11,985 bases of DNA from positions 1 through 11,985 of the forward strand of contig JAYODI010000124.1 of assembly GCA_038279365.1 (NCBI GenBank), in the 5' to 3' direction. A program made the position numbers and the translations under genes. Source of the DNA: Candidatus Latescibacterota bacterium. GTDB taxonomy: Bacteria; Latescibacterota; UBA2968. Shown here piece after piece: positions 6,859 through 11,985 of the stretch (its first letter is position 1; each line of letters begins with the position of its first letter). The notes under the pieces are model-generated. The model made no database searches, was not told the origin of the DNA, and saw nothing but the letters and a program-made list of their open reading frames with translations.

Positions 6859-8103
6859 ATGGCAGAAGAAATGTATGATTTGGTGATTGTTGGTGGTGGG
6901 CCAGCCGGTGCCACAGCGGCGTTATATGCCCAGCGTGCAGGGCTTAAAACGTGCTTGGTCGATAAGGCCACATTTCCACGCGATAAAATTTGTGGTGATG
7001 CCTTGTCGGGCAAGGTGGTGTCGATTTTACACGAGTTGGATTTGCTGGATAAGATCGGTCAGTTGCCAGGTGCGCCCATTCACGAAGTGGTTTTTGGCAG
7101 CCCCAATCATGTGCAAGCCAGCGTTGATTTGAGTCGTTATGACCATCACGATTTGCTCACGGGCAAAGAAATGCCGATGGAAGGGTTTGTGATTCGGCGC
7201 GAAGTGCTCGACCATTTTATGTTTCAAGAAGCACGTGCGGCTGTGGATGTTTGTTTGGAAGGGTTTTCTGTTCGTGATGTGATCACTGAGGGCGCTCAAG
7301 TGGTGGGTGTTCGAGGTGAGGTAGATGGTGAGGTGCGTGAGATTCGGGGGCGTGTGGTTTTGGGCTGTGATGGGTTTAATTCTATTATTGCCCGAAAAGT
7401 GGGGTTGTATAAACACGATTCCTTACATTCTGTGGTGGCCCTGCGGTGTTATTATGAAAATGTGGCCGATTTGACCGATCAGATTGAGTTGCATTTTGTG
7501 GAAGAAGTGTTGCCGGGGTATTTTTGGGTTTTTCCCTTGGACAGTGGTCAGGCCAATGTGGGCATTGGGATGCGCCACGATATGTTGAAGAAGAAAAAAA
7601 TTGATTTGAAGGTGGCGTTGCAAACGGTGATTGATCGGCCCCCCTTTAAAAGCCGCTTTGAACATGCCAAACCATTGGAAGAACCTGTGGGATGGAATTT
7701 GCCAGTGGGCAGTACACGGCGCACCAGTTATACAGGCGGTTGCTTGCTTTTGGGCGATGCGGCGGGTTTGATTGATCCGTTTACGGGTGAGGGTATTGGC
7801 AACGCGCTTTATTCTGCGCGTTTTGCTGTGGAAACAGTGAAAGATGCGATTGCGGCAAATGATTTTTCGGCGTCGTTTTTAAAGCGGTATGAAGATGGGC
7901 TTTGGGAAACGATTGGCGATGAGTTGGCCACGAGCACACGCATGCAAAAATTGGGGCGTTGGAAACCGTTGCTGAACTTTACGGTGAATAAGGCGGCTCA
8001 CAATGACAAGGTGCGCGATCTCATTTGTGGCATGATGGCCAATGCGGTGCCGAAGAAACAGTTGACCAATCCGTTGTTTTATTTGAAGCTGTTGTTGAGT
8101 TAA
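6859..8103 (+). CDS. Geranylgeranyl reductase family FAD-dependent oxidoreductase
   Basis: YDLVIVGGGPAGATAA dinucleotide-binding motif, FPRDKICGD, GCDG, GYFWVFP and LLGDAAGLIDPFTGEGI. The start was moved to ATG 6859 (MAEEMYD) after GGGA; the exact start is uncertain. Confidence 0.9.
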   Translation: MAEEMYDLVIVGGGPAGATAALYAQRAGLKTCLVDKATFPRDKICGDALSGKVVSILHELDLLDKIGQLPGAPIHEVVFGSPNHVQASVDLSRYDHHDLLTGKEMPMEGFVIRREVLDHFMFQEARAAVDVCLEGFSVRDVITEGAQVVGVRGEVDGEVREIRGRVVLGCDGFNSIIARKVGLYKHDSLHSVVALRCYYENVADLTDQIELHFVEEVLPGYFWVFPLDSGQANVGIGMRHDMLKKKKIDLKVALQTVIDRPPFKSRFEHAKPLEEPVGWNLPVGSTRRTSYTGGCLLLGDAAGLIDPFTGEGIGNALYSARFAVETVKDAIAANDFSASFLKRYEDGLWETIGDELATSTRMQKLGRWKPLLNFTVNKAAHNDKVRDLICGMMANAVPKKQLTNPLFYLKLLLS

Positions 8104-8132
8104 TCTCGTACATGATTGATCCGTGTAAATGA

Positions 8133-8169
8133 ATAAAGCCGATGCATTTTTTCATCGGCTTTGTTATTT
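8133..8169. terminator. Probable bidirectional intrinsic terminator
   Basis: AAAGCCGATG-N8-CATCGGCTTT with T-rich flanks, between the convergent flavoprotein gene and the PIN remnant. Confidence 0.7.
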
Positions 8170-8301
8170 GGATGATATTTGGCGAGACTGCGCGAGGATA
8201 GGATTGATTTTGAGGTCTTGTATGCGTTCAAAATGACGCGTGTTTCCGGTTACCAATTCGAGTTGATGGTAAATGGCATCGGTGTCGAATAAATAAGCCA
8301 T
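8164..8301 (-). pseudogene. vapC: Internally deleted VapC-like PIN-domain toxin remnant (45 aa)
   Basis: MAYLFDTDAIYHQLELVTGNTRHFERIQDLKINPILAQSRQISSK*. The N-terminal PIN motif YLFDTD is fused directly to the C-terminal motif HxLxLVTGNxRHFERI. Confidence 0.7.
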
Positions 8302-8390
8302 AGTATGAACCAAATAGCAACCAATCAGACGCATGAAGCGTATAATATAATTAACCTACTTCTATCCACCGTCTCTTGCCGGGAGGGTTT

Positions 8391-8951
8391 ATGAGACGTT
8401 TTTCCTTCCTTTTTTCTTTCCTCGTGTTGTTGTCTGGTTGTGACAGCAACAATCCAACCTCTTCCACCCGTTCCCTTGAGCGATTGATTGTGGGCACATG
8501 GGTGGTTCCCAACAATAGTTTTGTGATTGAAGAATTTGAAGATTGGCGACATATTATTTTTAACCCCGATGGCACATTTTCTGCGCCTTGGGGATTGGCG
8601 GGACCTCGTTTGCCCGAGTTTAAAGGCAACTTTTGGGCCAAAGGCAATTATGTAGGAACGCGGGGTGTGGGTGGTTCATTGGGTGTGGGTGGTGCGCCGG
8701 GTGAAGGGCGTTTACATGTGCAGTTTGCCCGTGTGGAATTGACCCAATGGACAGACCCTGATGCGTTGGGGTTGCAAATTACCCAAATATTGCCCGAATA
8801 TATCGTGTCTTTGGGATATAACAGTGTGGATGATATGTCTTCGGGTGATGTAGAAAAGGCGTTAGATAAGTTGAATGAACGTGCCCCAAGTGCCGATGCC
8901 TTGGGCGATGTGCGCGTTTTTCAAAAAGTAGAGCGTTTCATACCGTTTTAG
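8391..8951 (+). CDS. Putative lipoprotein of unknown function (186 aa)
   Basis: GGGAGG SD, then MRRFSFLFSFLVLLSG/C lipobox. An early IVGTW motif recalls lipocalin-like beta-barrels. Confidence 0.8.
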   Translation: MRRFSFLFSFLVLLSGCDSNNPTSSTRSLERLIVGTWVVPNNSFVIEEFEDWRHIIFNPDGTFSAPWGLAGPRLPEFKGNFWAKGNYVGTRGVGGSLGVGGAPGEGRLHVQFARVELTQWTDPDALGLQITQILPEYIVSLGYNSVDDMSSGDVEKALDKLNERAPSADALGDVRVFQKVERFIPF

Positions 8952-9036
8952 TAGGGGCGCGGTCCCCGCGCCCATGTTTGGATACGCGCCCATTTATGGT
9001 TCCCTGCGCCCATGTTTGAATCCGCGCCCATTTATG
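8951..9036 (+). repeat. GTAG-family REP-like palindrome plus 38-bp tandem duplication
   Basis: GTAG-GGGCGCGG-TCC-CCGCGCCC at 8951-8973. Segments 8961-8998 and 8999-9036 match at 34/38 positions and contain four YGCGCCCAT copies. Confidence 0.75.
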
Positions 9037-9090
9037 ATTTTTTCACCCATCCACCATCGGTTCGAGTTTGCATGTGGAAAGAAGGTTTTG

Positions 9091-11397
9091 ATGCGACATT
9101 TTTATGCGATTATTTTGTGTCTTGGGTTTGTGATGGGTGAGGGGGATGCCCAAGAGATGAGTGTGTTAGAGGGTGTCATCTTGGGCAAGTCTGCACCACT
9201 TTCGGGTGCCAATGTGTCGGTTGTTGTGGGCAATGATACACTCAGTGCGGTGACCAATGATGTGGGATTTTATCGCATTGCGCACATCCAAGCTGGCACA
9301 CATCGGCTTGAGGCATCTCATGTGGCCTATCAAAAGGCGGTTGAAAATGCGTTTGTGTTTGGCGCTGGGCAAACACATCGGTGGGATGTGACGTTGGTGA
9401 GCCGCGAGTTGTCGCTGGATGAGATTGTGGTGAATCCCGGCAGTTTTTCGGTGATGGAAGATGACCCTGTGGCACCGCGTGGGTTGTCTCGGGCTGAGAT
9501 TAAGGCCATTCCTGCGGTGACGGATGACATTTTTCGCACGGTAGAACGGTTGCCGGGTGTGTCAGGTGGCGATTTTTTGGCGCGGTTTACGGTGCGCGGT
9601 GGTGATTATGATCAGGTGCTGGTGTCGTTAGATGGGTTGGAGTTGTTTGAGCCGTTTCACTTAAAAGATTTGGGTGGCGGTGTGTTGAGCATTATTGATG
9701 CCGAGGTGGTGGGTGGGTTGGATATGATGACGGGTGGGTTTTCGGCTGATTTTGGCAATCGACAAAGTGCGGTGTTGCAAATGCGCAGTCGCCGCCCAGA
9801 AGAGGGCATGCGCGCCTCGTTTAGTGCGGGCATTATGAATGCGCGGATTTTGGCCGATGGGGCCAATGAAAAATGGGGTTTTTTGGTGTCGGCACGGCGT
9901 GGGTATGCAGACATTATGGTGGAGAAGATTGACCCCGAGCGCGATTTTAACCCCGAGTATTACGATATCTTTGGAAAGGTGACCTACAATGGGGGCAACC
10001 ATCAGCTTGGCGCACAGGTGTTGTGGGCCTCAGACAGCGGTGGTTTTACGCAGGTCGATGGTGACCATTTGGAAAGTACCTATGGCAATGGTTATACCTG
10101 GTTGACTTGGGATGCGATTATTGGCTCGGGTTTGGTGGTGCGTACCTTGCCGTATTATGGGCGCATTACCAGTGACCGTGAAGCCACATTGATCAATGCC
10201 GAAGACAGTGCCGATGAGTTGATTGATGACATTCGCACCACGAGTTTGTATGGCATTAAGTCAGATGCCAAATGGCAGTGGCACGAAAAACATATTACGC
10301 GGTTTGGCGGTGAGCTTCGATGGCTCAAGAGTGATTACGATTATCGCAAACAAGAAAGTCGGTTGACCGATTATGTGGGGGCTGGACGTTATTTTGGTGT
10401 AACGTATGATGAGGTATCGGTAGATGTGACGCCCGAAGGGTGGCAAAACAGTTTTTATGTGAGTCATAAGTGGCGGTTGCACAATAAGCTTACGGCAGAT
10501 ATCGGTGGGCGTTTTGATCGACAGACGTATACGAATGATGAAGTGTGGAGCCCACGTGCGGGGGTGGCGTTGGTCTTGGATGATAAGACGATGCTACGCA
10601 CGGCTTGGGGGCGTTATTCTCAGTCGCAACACATTGGCGCATTGGATGTTCACAATGGCGTACAAACGTTTCAACCCGCTGCGCGGGCTACGCATTATGT
10701 GATGGGTTTGGAACGGTTGATGGGTAAGAATATTTTGGCACGTGTCGAAGCCTATCACAAAGATTATGATCAGATGTGGTCGCGTTATGAAAACCTCAAC
10801 CAAAACCATACCACAGATCCGTTGCCCGATGTGGTAGACGGTTGGACTGAGGTTTTTCCTGTAAAGGGAACGGCGCGTGGTATTGAGTTTTATGTAAAGC
10901 GCGATACGGGGTTGGGGCTCAATTGGTGGGCCACCTATGCGCTTACTTCTACGCGAGAGACCTTTGCACCAGGTGTGGGTGATCCGCAATTTCAAGGGCA
11001 AACATTTCCACGTGCATTTGATCAGGCACATTCGGTTTCGTTTGATCTGATCTATCGCCCAGTGTCCGATTGGTTTGTGGGGGCGGCCTGGCAGTTTCGT
11101 TCGGGTTGGCCCCATACGCCTTTGGAGTTAGAAGACCGGCCCGATGGGTCACAACGGTTTGTGTTTGGCGATTTTTATTCGGCAACATATCCCATTTATC
11201 ATCGGTTGGATGTGAAGGTGACACATTGGGTCGAATACGATTCGTGGAAGTTGGTGTTTGGGTTGGGCATGAGCAATATCTATGGGCGAACGAATGTGCG
11301 GCATTATAGCTATTTTATTCAAGATGGTCGGATGCGGCGTTTGATTGAGGGGTGGTTACCGGCGTTGCCATTTGCGAGTGTGAGTGCGGAATTTTGA
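9091..11397 (+). CDS. TonB-dependent receptor with N-terminal carboxypeptidase-regulatory-like domain (768 aa)
   Basis: Signal peptide MRHFYAIILCLGFVMGEGDA, N-domain PLSGANV...TNDVGFYRI, LDEIVV TonB-box-like motif, plug DIFRTVERLPGV..VRGG..GGFSADFGNR, barrel WSPRAG and YHRLDVK, terminal Phe. The track start at 8974 runs through the REP repeats and is rejected. Confidence 0.92.
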   Translation: MRHFYAIILCLGFVMGEGDAQEMSVLEGVILGKSAPLSGANVSVVVGNDTLSAVTNDVGFYRIAHIQAGTHRLEASHVAYQKAVENAFVFGAGQTHRWDVTLVSRELSLDEIVVNPGSFSVMEDDPVAPRGLSRAEIKAIPAVTDDIFRTVERLPGVSGGDFLARFTVRGGDYDQVLVSLDGLELFEPFHLKDLGGGVLSIIDAEVVGGLDMMTGGFSADFGNRQSAVLQMRSRRPEEGMRASFSAGIMNARILADGANEKWGFLVSARRGYADIMVEKIDPERDFNPEYYDIFGKVTYNGGNHQLGAQVLWASDSGGFTQVDGDHLESTYGNGYTWLTWDAIIGSGLVVRTLPYYGRITSDREATLINAEDSADELIDDIRTTSLYGIKSDAKWQWHEKHITRFGGELRWLKSDYDYRKQESRLTDYVGAGRYFGVTYDEVSVDVTPEGWQNSFYVSHKWRLHNKLTADIGGRFDRQTYTNDEVWSPRAGVALVLDDKTMLRTAWGRYSQSQHIGALDVHNGVQTFQPAARATHYVMGLERLMGKNILARVEAYHKDYDQMWSRYENLNQNHTTDPLPDVVDGWTEVFPVKGTARGIEFYVKRDTGLGLNWWATYALTSTRETFAPGVGDPQFQGQTFPRAFDQAHSVSFDLIYRPVSDWFVGAAWQFRSGWPHTPLELEDRPDGSQRFVFGDFYSATYPIYHRLDVKVTHWVEYDSWKLVFGLGMSNIYGRTNVRHYSYFIQDGRMRRLIEGWLPALPFASVSAEF

Positions 11398-11438
11398 AAT
11401 CGCTGTCAGCCATCAGCTTTTGGGAGGAGAGGAAATAC

Positions 11439-11840
11439 ATGACTGCGAGACTGTGTTTGATTTTGTTATGCGGGATTGTTACAGGATGTAGCAATCCTTT
11501 TTCCAATTCTGAAGACCCTTTGTTTTTTGGTGTTTGGTCGGCGCAAACGCTTCAGCCTACCAACGCGGGAGAGCCGATTACGCAGATTGCATTTCAGAAG
11601 GAAGGACGATATTTTGAAAATGGCGCACAGGTGGGTACATATTTGGTGACGAACAAACGAACAGTGCAATTAAACGATGGTTCTGAGGAAATTGATTTTG
11701 ATATGCAAATTACGTATGGCGATGGCACGCGCCTTGTGATTGCTGTGCGGATGTACACAGATACGTACTGGGAAATTTTGGTGTTTAATTCCAATCCGCG
11801 TGGGCCACGTGACAAATATGATTTGGTGGCGCGTCCATAG
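11439..11840 (+). CDS. Putative lipoprotein of unknown function (133 aa)
   Basis: GGAGGAGAGG SD, then MTARLCLILLCGIVTG/C lipobox. An early FFGVW motif and beta-rich sequence suggest a lipocalin-like fold. Confidence 0.8.
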   Translation: MTARLCLILLCGIVTGCSNPFSNSEDPLFFGVWSAQTLQPTNAGEPITQIAFQKEGRYFENGAQVGTYLVTNKRTVQLNDGSEEIDFDMQITYGDGTRLVIAVRMYTDTYWEILVFNSNPRGPRDKYDLVARP

Positions 11841-11849
11841 GCTTAATGG

Positions 11850-11985
11850 TTACAAATTTTCCTGAAGCCATTTTTGAATCAATGCGGCGTGCGGATAATT
11901 GGGATTGATTTCGAGCACTTTTTGGTAACAAGAGCGCGCTTGATCGCGTTGACCCAATTGTTCGTAGACCATGCCCAAACTGTGA
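11850..11985 (-). CDS. C-terminus of a TPR-repeat protein (5' part outside the window)
   Basis: HSLGMVYEQLGQRDQARSCYQKVLEINPNYPHAALIQKWLQENL* fits the TPR pattern LG..Y...G....A...Y...L...P. Confidence 0.8.
   Translation of the reverse strand, partial: HSLGMVYEQLGQRDQARSCYQKVLEINPNYPHAALIQKWLQENL

Noticed and set aside
8974-9090. N-terminal extension of the TonB-dependent receptor in the ORF track
   Set aside because: It translates the REP repeats. The signal peptide and SD point to ATG 9091.
6831-11815. Small alternative-frame and antisense ORFs inside the reductase, lipoproteins and receptor (e.g. 10594-11115)
   Set aside because: Largely or fully overlapped by confident genes, with no recognisable motifs.

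Overview
Bacterial genomic window. Minus strand: two tandem MacB/FtsX-type ABC permease paralogues (the first runs off the left edge) and an ECF sigma factor with a basic HEAT-like C-terminal extension and no adjacent anti-sigma gene. Plus strand: a geranylgeranyl-reductase-family flavoprotein, then a lipoprotein / TonB-dependent receptor / lipoprotein cluster. A TPR protein ends at the right edge on the minus strand. The most striking signal is non-coding. Between the sigma stop codon and its terminator (about 4660-4964) lie three tandem 90-106 nt units that share one predicted minus-strand RNA fold: a long hairpin with a conserved GAYCUGG/CAAARGGC core, a second hairpin, and loop-loop complementarity that covaries in all three units. 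Upstream of the sigma gene are a duplicated ECF-type promoter and a separate sigma54-type mini-transcript encoding a 25-aa hydrophobic peptide. Also seen: an internally deleted VapC/PIN remnant and a GTAG-type REP with a tandem duplication. All structures were folded by eye and no searches were run.
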